Assembly (NCBI GenBank): GCA_028865615.1 | Contig: JAGWJT010000001.1 | Span: 1,601 to 65,600 of the forward strand | Origin: Patescibacteria group bacterium | Lineage (GTDB): Bacteria; Patescibacteriota; Minisyncoccia; Phycocordibacterales; PALSA-1337 | Length of the DNA: 64,000 nt | Direction of reading: 5' to 3' | Shown here: positions 29,787-39,566 of the stretch, one piece after another | Position numbering within the stretch: position 1 is the stretch's first letter | Layout: each line of letters starts with the position of its first letter | Notes under the pieces: generated by a model | Databases searched by the model: none | Seen by the model: the letters and a program-made list of their open reading frames with translations, nothing else | What the model was told of the DNA's origin: nothing | Position numbers and translations under genes: made by a program

Positions 29787-30823
29787 TGGAACAAACCGAC
29801 TATGAAACTCCAGAAGCGTTGGATCAATGACCCAGCTTTTGCGACGGCTGCGGCCGCCACGTTCTGATTGTTGTCATTACCATTGGTTCCGACGGTAGGA
29901 CCTATCAGAGCGCTTGAAGTCGACAGGGCCGGGACATTCTGGCCGTTATTCACGCCGATAGCTCCGGTAGATGTACCGGCTGCCAAAGCGGCCTTATAAG
30001 CGTCGATGACGGAGAGCTCCTTGGCATCCAGAGTCAAAGGCTCGGCGCACGCGATCTCGTTGATCTTCTTGATCGTGGTTATATATGCTACGCCGGAAGC
30101 TTTCGTGGCGCCCCACGGGCCCATGATGTCAGAGAGATATTTCTTCTGGAAAGCCTCGACGGCCTGCTCGGTAGCCTGGTCGAATGTGCCGCTGACAGTC
30201 ACACTCAAGTGTTGGCTGTCCTTGAGGAAAGCCTGGAGCTTGGCGACTTGCGTCCTATCATTGGCCAGGCCCATCTTGAGCAATCCGACAGTGAGAAGCG
30301 GGCAGGAAGTGGTAGCGGTGGAAGTCGAGACATTGGTCGCCAGAGGTACGGCGCTGAAACCGCCGCCGATGTACGAGCCGCTGGAAGAAGTCGAACCCCC
30401 TCCGCCTCCGCCGGTAGGAGTCACCGGAGTGACGGGGGCCGGAGAAGAACCTCCGCTGCTGTTGCTACCCATTTGCGTCGGAACTCCGGTCGTGCCGCCG
30501 GCATTATTAGCGCCGCTCTGCGACGAAACACCGGATGTGCCGCTGAAATCATTGCTACCAGATTGTGTCGGCGTACCTGACGTTCCGCCTGAATTGTTAC
30601 TTGTGGAATCGGACGGGGTAACAGAAGTCGTATCGGCATTTGAGCCGCTGGAAACTGGCGTAGAAACCGAAGTATTGGAACCTGCGGTCGTAGGAACCGC
30701 CGCCGGAGCGCTTGAATTGTCGGTAACTGTCTGGGCCACGGCCGATGGGACAGATTCCGTAAAACTCACAAACCCTATTAATGCGAAAGCGACTATAGTC
30801 GCGTAAATTGTGTATTTTTTCAT
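29780..30823 (-). CDS. Secreted peptidoglycan-binding domain protein
   Basis: Signal peptide, S/T/G-rich region, L..G......V..LQ.FL...G.F...T..AV..FQ. Confidence 0.8.
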   Translation of the reverse strand: MKKYTIYATIVAFALIGFVSFTESVPSAVAQTVTDNSSAPAAVPTTAGSNTSVSTPVSSGSNADTTSVTPSDSTSNNSGGTSGTPTQSGSNDFSGTSGVSSQSGANNAGGTTGVPTQMGSNSSGGSSPAPVTPVTPTGGGGGGSTSSSGSYIGGGFSAVPLATNVSTSTATTSCPLLTVGLLKMGLANDRTQVAKLQAFLKDSQHLSVTVSGTFDQATEQAVEAFQKKYLSDIMGPWGATKASGVAYITTIKKINEIACAEPLTLDAKELSVIDAYKAALAAGTSTGAIGVNNGQNVPALSTSSALIGPTVGTNGNDNNQNVAAAAVAKAGSLIQRFWSFIVGLFHH

Positions 30824-30872
30824 AACGTTCTGACCCTATCATAAACGTATAATAATGTCAATACCTTTTAAT

Positions 30873-30906
30873 AAAATCACCCCGCTCGCGAAAGCAGGGT
30901 GTTTTG
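30873..30906. terminator. Intrinsic terminator downstream of the 30932-31948 gene
   Basis: aaaatcacccc..gggtgtttt. Confidence 0.55.
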
Positions 30907-30931
30907 ATGCAGTCGGCGGCCGTTTGACCGC

Positions 30932-31948
30932 CTATTTTGTGCCGTTTGCCCCGACGGTTTGAGGCGGGACAACAACAGGTTCGGTCGAGTGGGCCACGTG
31001 AGTCATTGGCGTACTCGCCTCACTGGCCTTGTAGAAGGCGTATGGGTAAACCGGCGAGTCCTGGTAAACTCCCTCGTTCATGTTCGTGCCAATCCATGTC
31101 CACACAGGTTTGACCGTGAGATTGAGCGAGCGCTCAAGGTTGTAATACAAACCCAGGTGACGCTGCCCCTCGATGTTCACATTGGCAACGCTGCCGGCCA
31201 AGTCAACACTCGGCGGATCAACATAGACCACCGAACTCATCCGGTTAGTCATTCCGCCGTTCGGCATAATGATGGCAAAGAAGTTCGTCATCTCCATTAC
31301 ACCCTTGAAGTAATTCAAGTCGTTGGCCAGCGCCGACGAGTCAGTGCAATAGTAGCCGATGCGAATAATGCCAAATACCCGTGTGACCGGAGTGGTTATG
31401 GGTTCGCTGTTGTGATAATCCGCAATAAGCTTGCCCCCGCTCCAGACCTGACCGCGCAGCGTGGTGCCGAATGTCAACTGGCTGTTGTCAGCCGTATTCG
31501 TGGCAAGATTACCACCATAGCCAAGCGTATTGGCGTGATCGGTTGACCAACTGGCAAACCGGACAGAATTGACCTGGAACGGCGCCGAATCGCTGATGTC
31601 GAACGCCCAACCTATCTGGCTGCCGTTCTCACCGGCAAAAGTGCCCGTCGGATTGTTCGTGCCATCCCATGATGAGAACGTAGCTGGTCCGAAACAGATC
31701 TGGCACCCGCGCAGGACGTGAGGCGAATTCAAAGCGGCCGGGTTCGTGGCCACATCGGTGTTGATGAAGCCGACTGACCACCCCTTGTCCATGAATTCCA
31801 TGATGTTCTGCACAGCCACCGTGTAATTTGTGCTAATCTGTGCCGGCACGATGAAGAACTTGGTGCTAACCTGCGGTGCCGATTGAGCGACACTGTAGAT
31901 TGCCGAGATCATCATGACCATCATAGTAGTCAACTTGTGAATTTTCAT
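30932..31948 (-). CDS. Secreted protein with near-C-terminal S.NL..W..FYKA domain
   Basis: Signal peptide; YNLERSLNL....W...YQD....AFYKA; purine-rich SD upstream. Confidence 0.75.
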   Translation of the reverse strand: MKIHKLTTMMVMMISAIYSVAQSAPQVSTKFFIVPAQISTNYTVAVQNIMEFMDKGWSVGFINTDVATNPAALNSPHVLRGCQICFGPATFSSWDGTNNPTGTFAGENGSQIGWAFDISDSAPFQVNSVRFASWSTDHANTLGYGGNLATNTADNSQLTFGTTLRGQVWSGGKLIADYHNSEPITTPVTRVFGIIRIGYYCTDSSALANDLNYFKGVMEMTNFFAIIMPNGGMTNRMSSVVYVDPPSVDLAGSVANVNIEGQRHLGLYYNLERSLNLTVKPVWTWIGTNMNEGVYQDSPVYPYAFYKASEASTPMTHVAHSTEPVVVPPQTVGANGTK

Positions 31949-32139
31949 TCTTTTTCTCCTCTCCTCGGATTTTCAATGTTCAGATAGGGTTGGCGCCAAA
32001 CAGTGGCGTCAAACTTGCCATTTTCCTTGGTTTTCCTTGGTTTCTACCCTCCTTTCCTTACATAGTCCGAGTTCTGTGTCCTTTCTAACAGAAAACTGCT
32101 ATTTAGTCAATACCCCCTAATCACTCCCGATTGCACACT

Positions 32140-32409
32140 CTAATTCCACCTCACCACCAGCTTGAGCACGGAAAAAGCGACCGTTATAACGGCAGTGATG
32201 ATGATCCCCGAAAAACCGACTACTCCCAATCCCCTGTCCATATCGAAAAGCGAATCATACAGGAAGCCGGCGGCTATCAATTCCGCGTAATAAGGGAACA
32301 TCCACAGGCACAGCAGGCCTAGCGGCACGAATACGAACCACCAGCCGAATATTATGGATACCGCCAGGACGATATCCAGTATGACACGGATAACCACGTC
32401 TTCTTTCAT
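32140..32409 (-). CDS. Small membrane protein, MreD-like position
   Basis: 3 TMs, directly downstream of mreC. Confidence 0.6.
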   Translation of the reverse strand: MKEDVVIRVILDIVLAVSIIFGWWFVFVPLGLLCLWMFPYYAELIAAGFLYDSLFDMDRGLGVVGFSGIIITAVITVAFSVLKLVVRWN

Positions 32410-32415
32410 GTTATT

Positions 32416-33225
32416 TTACGGCTTATTGATATCTTGTCCTATGCCAAGCAGGACCCATCGAATGTCATATATGTCGACCGGCGGAGCGAACACCACCGAG
32501 TCAAAAGGATCTGACGGGTCCGTATTCACTGATATTACAACACCAAATGCTTTGTCATGCAAGGTAGAATCGCTGACAATATCCCCGGGGGCTACGGTCG
32601 AATCATGTGGCACTTGGGCGGTATACTGACCCCCTCCTATGCCCTTGGCGGTCGCGGGGATGCCGCCGGGCCCTATAAGGACTTGATAGCTTTGTCCCGG
32701 CGACGACAGCAGGTCGACGAACGAACTCTCCCCGAACGACTCCGAGACTCGGCCTATGAGGATAGGACCCGGAGCATATACGGGAGTGCCGCTGGCCGCT
32801 CCTTCGTCCGTGCCTAGATCGACGATCAATCTGCCGGAACCGGCAAACGGCGGTCTGGCCAGAACGGCCGCCGCTTTGTACGCGCTTTTGGTGGTAGTGG
32901 CTCTGCCCAATAGAGCCAGGAGATCGGCATTCTGTTGTTCCAATATGGCCAGGCTCGAACTGGACGTCACGGTTTTCAAGCTTGCAATCTGCTGTTTCAG
33001 GTCTTCATTCTCCGCCAACAAGGCTTGCGGATCCTCTAGCGCGCCGTTCTCCAGAGCGAATCTCGTCCGCCAAAATGGGGCGGCCACGGATGAAGCAATA
33101 GATGGAAAAAGCCTTGGAATGCGCCATTCTATAGCGCCGGCCAACACGATGACGACCGCCAAAGCGACAGAGGCCAGCCTCTTTGCCCTGCTAGCTGGGG
33201 CATTATGACGACGAAGGTAGGTCAT
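32416..33225 (-). CDS. mreC: Rod shape-determining protein MreC
   Basis: TM, L..EN..L coiled coil, A.VL..P, D.G...G; follows mreB. Confidence 0.8.
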   Translation of the reverse strand: MTYLRRHNAPASRAKRLASVALAVVIVLAGAIEWRIPRLFPSIASSVAAPFWRTRFALENGALEDPQALLAENEDLKQQIASLKTVTSSSSLAILEQQNADLLALLGRATTTKSAYKAAAVLARPPFAGSGRLIVDLGTDEGAASGTPVYAPGPILIGRVSESFGESSFVDLLSSPGQSYQVLIGPGGIPATAKGIGGGQYTAQVPHDSTVAPGDIVSDSTLHDKAFGVVISVNTDPSDPFDSVVFAPPVDIYDIRWVLLGIGQDINKP

Positions 33226-34330
33226 CTTCACTCTCTATGAGAACGGGCTTGAACCTATCTATGTCCTCGAGTATGACGCCCGCTCCCCTGGCGATAGCGG
33301 TCAAAGGATCATCCGCTATATATACGGGAAGCCTCAAGGTATCCGAGAGCAGGGCGTCCAGGCCTTTGATCAAAGCCCCTCCTCCGACCAGATAGGCGCC
33401 GCGCTTCATGACGTCGGACAATATCTCCGGCGGCGTCGTTTCCAGCACTTCTTTGGAAGCTTCGACCAGAGCTTCTATGGATTGGCTCATGGCTTCTCTG
33501 ATATCGCTATCGGTGATGACGACCTCGCGCGGCAGGCCGGTGATGAGATCTCGACCGCGTATGGTGGTTTCCATCGGCTCATCGGGTATGACGGATCCGA
33601 CGGCTATCTTGACCGCTTCGGCCGTAGTCTCGCCTATGAGTATCTTGAACTCGTTGCGTATATAGGAGATGATGTCGTTGTTCAGCTTGTCTCCGGCGAT
33701 CTTGAGATTCTTGGACCGCACTATGCCGCCGAGGGATATGACGGCTATATCGGTAGTGCCGCCGCCTATGTCTATGACCATGGACCCGACCGGATCATGC
33801 ACAGGAAGTCTGATGCCTATGGCACCGGCCATGGGTTGTTCTACTATATATACTTCGCGGGCGCCGGCATTCCTGGTGGCGTCTCGCACGGCTCTGACCT
33901 CTACGTTGGTGACACCGGAGGGCACACCGACCACTACGCGAGGGCCCAGGAAACGCTTCGGCAAGAATGCGGAAGCGCGGTTCATGAGGTATGAGAGCAT
34001 CTCTTCCGTCACCTCGAAATCTGATATTACGCCGTCCACCAGCGGCCTGACCGCCTTGATGTGAGCAGGCGTACGGCCGAGCATGTCTTTGGCCATGGCG
34101 CCGACCGCAACCACTTGGCCGGTCTTCTCGTTCACCGCTACAACTGACGGCTCGTTGACCACGATGCCCTTGCCGCGGACGTACACGAGAGTGTTGGCGG
34201 TGCCGAGGTCTATGCCGATGTCGTTGGACGCACCGGAGAACAATCTGTCCTTCCAGCCCTTGAAGCTGCTCCTGGCTCCGCTCAATCTGAAACTGTTCAT
34301 AACGCCGGATTTGCCGTTGTTTTTAGCCAT
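33203..34330 (-). CDS. mreB: Rod shape-determining protein MreB
   Basis: IGIDLGTANT, EPSVVA, DIGGGTTD, TPPE, GGGAL. Confidence 0.95.
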   Translation of the reverse strand: MAKNNGKSGVMNSFRLSGARSSFKGWKDRLFSGASNDIGIDLGTANTLVYVRGKGIVVNEPSVVAVNEKTGQVVAVGAMAKDMLGRTPAHIKAVRPLVDGVISDFEVTEEMLSYLMNRASAFLPKRFLGPRVVVGVPSGVTNVEVRAVRDATRNAGAREVYIVEQPMAGAIGIRLPVHDPVGSMVIDIGGGTTDIAVISLGGIVRSKNLKIAGDKLNNDIISYIRNEFKILIGETTAEAVKIAVGSVIPDEPMETTIRGRDLITGLPREVVITDSDIREAMSQSIEALVEASKEVLETTPPEILSDVMKRGAYLVGGGALIKGLDALLSDTLRLPVYIADDPLTAIARGAGVILEDIDRFKPVLIESEDDLPSSS

Positions 34331-34435
34331 GCCTGTACATTACCACAACGCAAGAATATGGGTAATTGACAAGTCTTGTAAAATTTTTCCCAATTAAGAT
34401 CCCGCAAGGCTGCCGCCGACTCTCCGGACCAATCC

Positions 34436-35692
34436 TTAAAAGGAACCAACGGGCACCATATCCACCTTCCCCGTTACGCGATCTTTGACTTCGACTGACC
34501 CGCCGCCGAGAGAACCGGCATCGCTCGACTTCAGAGTTTTCTCCGACACCACATAACGCTTTGGTATGCCTATAAGATCCGCATCGCCGAATTTTTCGCC
34601 GGCCGAACATTGACGGTCATCGTAGAGGACTTCGACGCCTTTGCTCGTCAGCTTCTCATATAGCTCATCGGCAACTTTCTTGACTTTGCCTTCTTCGTCG
34701 AACAGAGCTACTAGATGCACGGCAAAAGGCGCGACTGACTCCGGCCAGACGATGCCTTTGTCGTCAGCCGTGAGCTCCACTATAGTGCCCATGACTCGTC
34801 CCGGGCCGATGCCGTATGAGCCCATGAATACCGGCCTCGACTTTCCCGCTTCATCCTTGAAATTCAAACCCAGCGCCTCAGAAAACCTAGTACCGAGAGT
34901 GAAGATATTGCCGACTTCGGCGGCTTTAGCTTCTTTGAGATCTGTGCGCTTAAGCTTGAGATCTTCCAACACCTCATCATTTAAGACCTCTTTGTTTATG
35001 GCACGACCGTCCTCCGCTATATATATGACATCCTCGCCGGCATCGCAGACCGTCTGGAATTCATGCGAGAATTTGGAAAAAGAGCCGCCGGAGGCATTCG
35101 TCACATATGTCTGGTCTCCTATGCCGAGCCGGCCGAAGATCTTCACATATGCCTGCTTGGCCTTTTCGTAAAACTCCGCGTGGGCTTTCTCGTCCACGTT
35201 GAATGAGTACAGATCCTTCATCAAGAACTCTCTGGTGCGCATGATGCCGGACTTTGCTCGTGTCTCGTTGCGGAATTTCGTCTGGAATTGGTACACGGAA
35301 AGCGGCAGGTCGCGATAGGAGCTGATCTGCCCGCGCATAAGGTCTGTCAATGGCTCTTCGTGGGTAAAGCCGAGACCGAGCTCGTCGCCGCTTTTCATCT
35401 TGGTCTTGAACCATACGTCTACTTCTTTGTCTGACCAGCGCTTGGTTGCATCCCACTTGCTCTTGGACTGCAAAGCAGCCAGATGGACTTCCTGGCCGCC
35501 TATGGCGTCCATCTCCTCGCGGATGACGCCGACGATCTTGTTCAAAGTGCGCAAACCGAGCGGCAGATACGAGTACACGCCCGCCATCTCTTTGTGGATG
35601 TAACCGGCCCGGATGAGGAGCTGGGCATTCTTGGACACTTCGTCCTTGGGCGCCTCGCGGCGGGTCTTGGTGAACAGTTTGGACTGCTTCAT
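34436..35692 (-). CDS. proS: Proline--tRNA ligase (short form without INS editing domain)
   Basis: LLIRAGYI, THEE, KFRNE.R, REF.MKD.YSF, GSYGIG, DADLIG.P. Confidence 0.95.
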   Translation of the reverse strand: MKQSKLFTKTRREAPKDEVSKNAQLLIRAGYIHKEMAGVYSYLPLGLRTLNKIVGVIREEMDAIGGQEVHLAALQSKSKWDATKRWSDKEVDVWFKTKMKSGDELGLGFTHEEPLTDLMRGQISSYRDLPLSVYQFQTKFRNETRAKSGIMRTREFLMKDLYSFNVDEKAHAEFYEKAKQAYVKIFGRLGIGDQTYVTNASGGSFSKFSHEFQTVCDAGEDVIYIAEDGRAINKEVLNDEVLEDLKLKRTDLKEAKAAEVGNIFTLGTRFSEALGLNFKDEAGKSRPVFMGSYGIGPGRVMGTIVELTADDKGIVWPESVAPFAVHLVALFDEEGKVKKVADELYEKLTSKGVEVLYDDRQCSAGEKFGDADLIGIPKRYVVSEKTLKSSDAGSLGGGSVEVKDRVTGKVDMVPVGSF

Positions 35693-35786
35693 TGGTTTAT
35701 GTCATGAATCATAACCTGAAAGCCGATGTTTGTCAGTAGCCTTGTATTTGCAAAACATTAAAATCATGCATACAATATACAGCAAT

Positions 35787-35885
35787 ATGATCGAAATCTA
35801 TATCTTAAGTGCCTTGCTTCTTATCGGGTTCGTCCTTCTGGGCATCTGGATGAGCATAGAGATCAAGAATGGCAAGAATAAGTGA
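35787..35885 (+). CDS. 32-aa single-TM peptide (not in ORF track)
   Basis: MIEIYILSALLLIGFVLLGIWMSIEIKNGKNK; TTGCAA-17-TACAAT upstream. Confidence 0.45.
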   Translation: MIEIYILSALLLIGFVLLGIWMSIEIKNGKNK

Positions 35886-35887
35886 TG

Positions 35888-37003
35888 TTAGTTGATCAGT
35901 TTCACTATATCCTTCCACGTCACCGCCACCATGAGGATCATCAGGAGGGCAAAACCGATCAAGTTGACTGCATTGGTGAAGCGGGGCGATATGCGCCTAC
36001 GGATGACGCCTTCTATGGCCACAAATAGGATGCGGCCACCGTCTAGAGCCGGAAACGGTATCAAGTTGACCACGCCGAGATTGATAGAAATGATGGCCAT
36101 GACCATGATGAGATATTTCATGCCCATATGAGCGGCGTTACCCACGATACCGGCTATGCCGACTGGCCCTGCTACTTGCGAAAAGTCGGGATGACCCACG
36201 AATATATTGGCAATGAATGTGTACAAGCCTACAACCGTCTCTTTTATAAGCACGCCGGTATATCGCAATCCTTCCCATACGGATGTGGTGAAAGGCAGAC
36301 GCATATCTACCACATTGTCCATGGATATGCCTATGGCGTATTTGCCATGGATGATGCTAGTGGTCGCTTCAACGGTTGCCGCAAAAGCATTCCCTTCGCG
36401 AGAATAACCGATAGTCACAGGCTTGCCTGCTGAGGCATTTATCTCGTCTTGTATGGAAGATACGGTGCTCCTAGACAAAAGAATGTCGCCTTCCTTGAGT
36501 CCGGCCTTTTCCGCCGGCGAACCAGGCTCCACATATGTGATCATTATCCGGGGATTGGAAAAGTGCGATGCGTACTGCTCGAAGCCGTCAGTCGAAGCCG
36601 TCACGCCGGCCGTAAATACTCCGACATACAGGAACCACGCGAATATGAAATTGAACAGCACCCCGGCGGCAAGGACGATGGCTTGTTTCCAGCGAGCCTT
36701 GAGGACGAAGCTGCGCGAGGCTTCCGGACCGGCCACATCGAGCGACTGCTCATCCGGATTCTCGCCGAAGATCTTGACATAACCGCCGAAAGGCAGCCAG
36801 TTGACGCCGTATTCCGTTTCACCGGCTTTCAACTCACCTGTAGCCGGATCTTTCTTCTTGGATCGCCATGCAAAAACCTTCGGTCCGAAGCCCAGCTTGA
36901 AAGCGTCCACCCTTATGCCGAACAGCTTGGCCGCCAGGAAATGCCCCAGCTCATGCACGAAGATGAGGACCGCGAGGACTATAATGAAGATGATAACCGT
37001 CAT
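35888..37003 (-). CDS. rseP: RIP metalloprotease RseP (M50, PDZ)
   Basis: HELGH, PFGGYV, PDZ, NLIPFPALDGG. Confidence 0.92.
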   Translation of the reverse strand: MTVIIFIIVLAVLIFVHELGHFLAAKLFGIRVDAFKLGFGPKVFAWRSKKKDPATGELKAGETEYGVNWLPFGGYVKIFGENPDEQSLDVAGPEASRSFVLKARWKQAIVLAAGVLFNFIFAWFLYVGVFTAGVTASTDGFEQYASHFSNPRIMITYVEPGSPAEKAGLKEGDILLSRSTVSSIQDEINASAGKPVTIGYSREGNAFAATVEATTSIIHGKYAIGISMDNVVDMRLPFTTSVWEGLRYTGVLIKETVVGLYTFIANIFVGHPDFSQVAGPVGIAGIVGNAAHMGMKYLIMVMAIISINLGVVNLIPFPALDGGRILFVAIEGVIRRRISPRFTNAVNLIGFALLMILMVAVTWKDIVKLIN

Positions 37004-37010
37004 GAAAATT

Positions 37011-37072
37011 TCTAATTAACCTAATTGATCTAATTTCTAAACTTTAGGTTAATTAGATCAATTAGAAATTAG
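37011..37072. repeat. Inverted array of CTAATT/AATTAG short repeats
   Basis: ctaattaac ctaattgat ctaatttct..aattag atcaattag aaattag. Confidence 0.6.
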
Positions 37073-37073
37073 G

Positions 37074-37631
37074 TCAATTACCCATAATTTCCTTTTCCTT
37101 TTTATCATAAAGCGCGTCAAGCTTCTTGTTGGCATCATCGACGATCTTCTGCATCTCGTTCTTCAATCGGAAAATATCATCCTTGCCGAAACCGCCGGAC
37201 TTCTCCTTGGCCTGAATATCCCTCATGACATCTTCTCTATGGCCGCGCACATGCTTCTTGGCATCCTCGAGCTTGTCTTTGGCGACCTTGGCGAAATCCT
37301 TGCGCTTGTCTGAAGTCAGTTCCGGGAAATTCACTCTCACACCATCGGAATCAGTCACCACGGACAGTCCAAGGTTCGATATGGTTATGGCTTTCTCTAT
37401 CTCCTTGACCTGAGCCTTGTCCCAAGGAGCGATGCGCAACGATCTGGCGCCTTCTATGACGATGCTGGCGACCTCTTTCAAGGCCATGGGCGCACCATAG
37501 ACATCTACTTTGACGCTATCCAGGACCGCCGGCGAAGCCATGCCCGTCCTTATGCCGGAGAGCTCTTTCCTGAGCCACTCTTCGGCCGCGGCCATGTTCT
37601 TCTTGAAATTATTGAAATCGTAGTTTGCCAT
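37074..37631 (-). CDS. frr: Ribosome recycling factor
   Basis: IRTG.A.P..LD...V..YG; P.LT...R; KEKEIM. Confidence 0.95.
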   Translation of the reverse strand: MANYDFNNFKKNMAAAEEWLRKELSGIRTGMASPAVLDSVKVDVYGAPMALKEVASIVIEGARSLRIAPWDKAQVKEIEKAITISNLGLSVVTDSDGVRVNFPELTSDKRKDFAKVAKDKLEDAKKHVRGHREDVMRDIQAKEKSGGFGKDDIFRLKNEMQKIVDDANKKLDALYDKKEKEIMGN

Positions 37632-37752
37632 TCGTCTACGCTCGGCGGTAATTTCATTTCACCTCAAATCCGAATGTCAGAGCGATTCGTACGGATGATT
37701 ACCGAACTTGTTCGGTTTGAGTTGAAATGAAATTACCGCTTCGCTATGGCAA
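37625..37752. repeat. Long imperfect hairpin enclosing the frr start
   Basis: gcggtaatttcatttcacctcaaa/tttgagttgaaatgaaattaccgc; outer ttgccat/atggcaa. Confidence 0.65.
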
Positions 37753-37762
37753 TGATAGCATA

Positions 37763-38518
37763 TCATACGGTCATTGCCACATATTCAAGCAACATCTTCA
37801 GAGACGGGGCGCGGTCGTTGGTGTATTTGCGCGCCAGTTCTATGGCTTCAAGGGCTTTGACGTTGCCTTTGACGCCTTTGGCATGAATGGCGGCTTCGAT
37901 GCTATCGAGAAGATCTATGGCGTCTTGTTTGGTCTTTTTCTCTTTTGATATGTCGTCCATGAGCGATTTGATCATGTCGAAACGCTTGGCCGGGGCGGCA
38001 CGTAGAAATCCTTCGACATCATATGCAGACTTGACCAGCTTGGTTGAACCGATCAGTCGAGCATTCTCCGCACCGGCACTTCTGTTTGAAGGCGCGGCAC
38101 CACTGTAAGATGAAGTGTCCATTAGCGATAGGCGCGATCTGACCGTTGGCAAAAGCAGGTGCGCCGATGGTAATATCAGGAAAAAGCGCGCATACTCCGG
38201 CGGCTCTTCCAGGAGCTTCAGGAGTGCATTCTGCGCCTCGACCGTGATTCCGTCCATCCTGAGCACGAATATCTTCTTGCCATCTCCGTCGTTTTTGCTG
38301 ACGTCGGTGACAGGTCTAGTACCCGAGAGCGCTTTCAGCTCCCTGGCGTCGTCTATGGTGAGCGTCTGATACTCCCTATCGAAGAAGTCCGGATTGCCAC
38401 GCGTCTTTATCTTCTGCTTCTTCTCAAGAATGGAAATTATCTCGGCATGAATAGATGCGCCGCCGATCAGCAGGTTGGCGTGATGGGACATGAGGCTAGA
38501 TTGTGATACCGGATTCAC
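37763..38518 (-). CDS. holB: DNA polymerase III delta-prime-like subunit
   Basis: IDDAREL, AQNALLKLLEEP, LLPTVRSR. Confidence 0.75.
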   Translation of the reverse strand: MNPVSQSSLMSHHANLLIGGASIHAEIISILEKKQKIKTRGNPDFFDREYQTLTIDDARELKALSGTRPVTDVSKNDGDGKKIFVLRMDGITVEAQNALLKLLEEPPEYARFFLILPSAHLLLPTVRSRLSLMDTSSYSGAAPSNRSAGAENARLIGSTKLVKSAYDVEGFLRAAPAKRFDMIKSLMDDISKEKKTKQDAIDLLDSIEAAIHAKGVKGNVKALEAIELARKYTNDRAPSLKMLLEYVAMTV

Positions 38519-38530
38519 AGACAGATTATA

Positions 38531-39544
38531 CTACCTCTTCGCCACTATCGCCTTCTTGTAGACATCAAGATGGTCGAGAGCTATTCCGGTCCCCTTGGCC
38601 ACGCAGAGCAGGGGTTCCTCCGCCAGCTGCGCCTTGACGCCTGTGCGGCGGAATACCAGCTCCGGCAAGTTGCGCAGGAGAGACGAGCCGCCGGTCATGG
38701 TGATGCCTTGATCGATGATATCGGCCGACAGCTCGGGTGGCGTATCCTGGAGCACGTCTTTGATGGCTTTGACCATGTCTCGAAGCGGTCCCGATATGGC
38801 CTTTACTATCTCATTGGTCTTGATCTCAGTAGAACGCGGCAAACCCGAAATGAAGTCGCGGCCCTTGACCGTCATGGAGAGCTCTTGATCCATGGGTATG
38901 GCCGAACCTATATCGATCTTGATGATCTCGGCCATGTGATCGCCTATGGCTAGATTGAAATTCTTCTTGATGTAGTCCGCGATGGCCGCATCCAGCTTGT
39001 TGCCCGCCACCTTGACCGATGTTGACGAAACGATGCCGCCCAGAGATATGACCGCCACGTCCGTGGTGCCTCCGCCTATGTCCACTACCATGTGGCCGCG
39101 AGCTTCCTGTATAGGTATGCCTGCGCCTATGGCCGCCAGTATCGGTTCCTTGACCACATAAGCATTCTTGGCGCCGGCGCGGATGGCGGCTTCGATGACG
39201 GCGCGCCGTTCCGTGGAAGTGACGCTGGCCGGGACGGATATCATCACCTCGGGTTTCCATACGGCAAAGCGGCCAAGGGCTTTGTCTATGAAGTACCGGA
39301 GCATCGCCTCGGTCACGCGGTAGTCCGCGATGACGCCGTCCTTCATGGGCCTGTAGGCGACTATAGTATCAGGCGTGCGACCGACCATCTCCTTGGCTTC
39401 GTTGCCTACGGCCAGGACCTTCTTGTCTACTTCGGAGACGGCCACCACCGATGGCTCATTGAGTATGATGCCTTTCTTCGGCACGAATACGAGAGTGTTG
39501 GCGGTACCGAGGTCTATGCCCAGTTTGGCAGAAAATAAAGCCAT
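38531..39544 (-). CDS. mreB: Second MreB paralog
   Basis: LGIDLGTANT, EPSVVA, DIGGGTTD, TPPEL, GGSSLL. Confidence 0.93.
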   Translation of the reverse strand: MALFSAKLGIDLGTANTLVFVPKKGIILNEPSVVAVSEVDKKVLAVGNEAKEMVGRTPDTIVAYRPMKDGVIADYRVTEAMLRYFIDKALGRFAVWKPEVMISVPASVTSTERRAVIEAAIRAGAKNAYVVKEPILAAIGAGIPIQEARGHMVVDIGGGTTDVAVISLGGIVSSTSVKVAGNKLDAAIADYIKKNFNLAIGDHMAEIIKIDIGSAIPMDQELSMTVKGRDFISGLPRSTEIKTNEIVKAISGPLRDMVKAIKDVLQDTPPELSADIIDQGITMTGGSSLLRNLPELVFRRTGVKAQLAEEPLLCVAKGTGIALDHLDVYKKAIVAKR

Positions 39545-39566
39545 AATTGGGGACTATAGCATGAAG

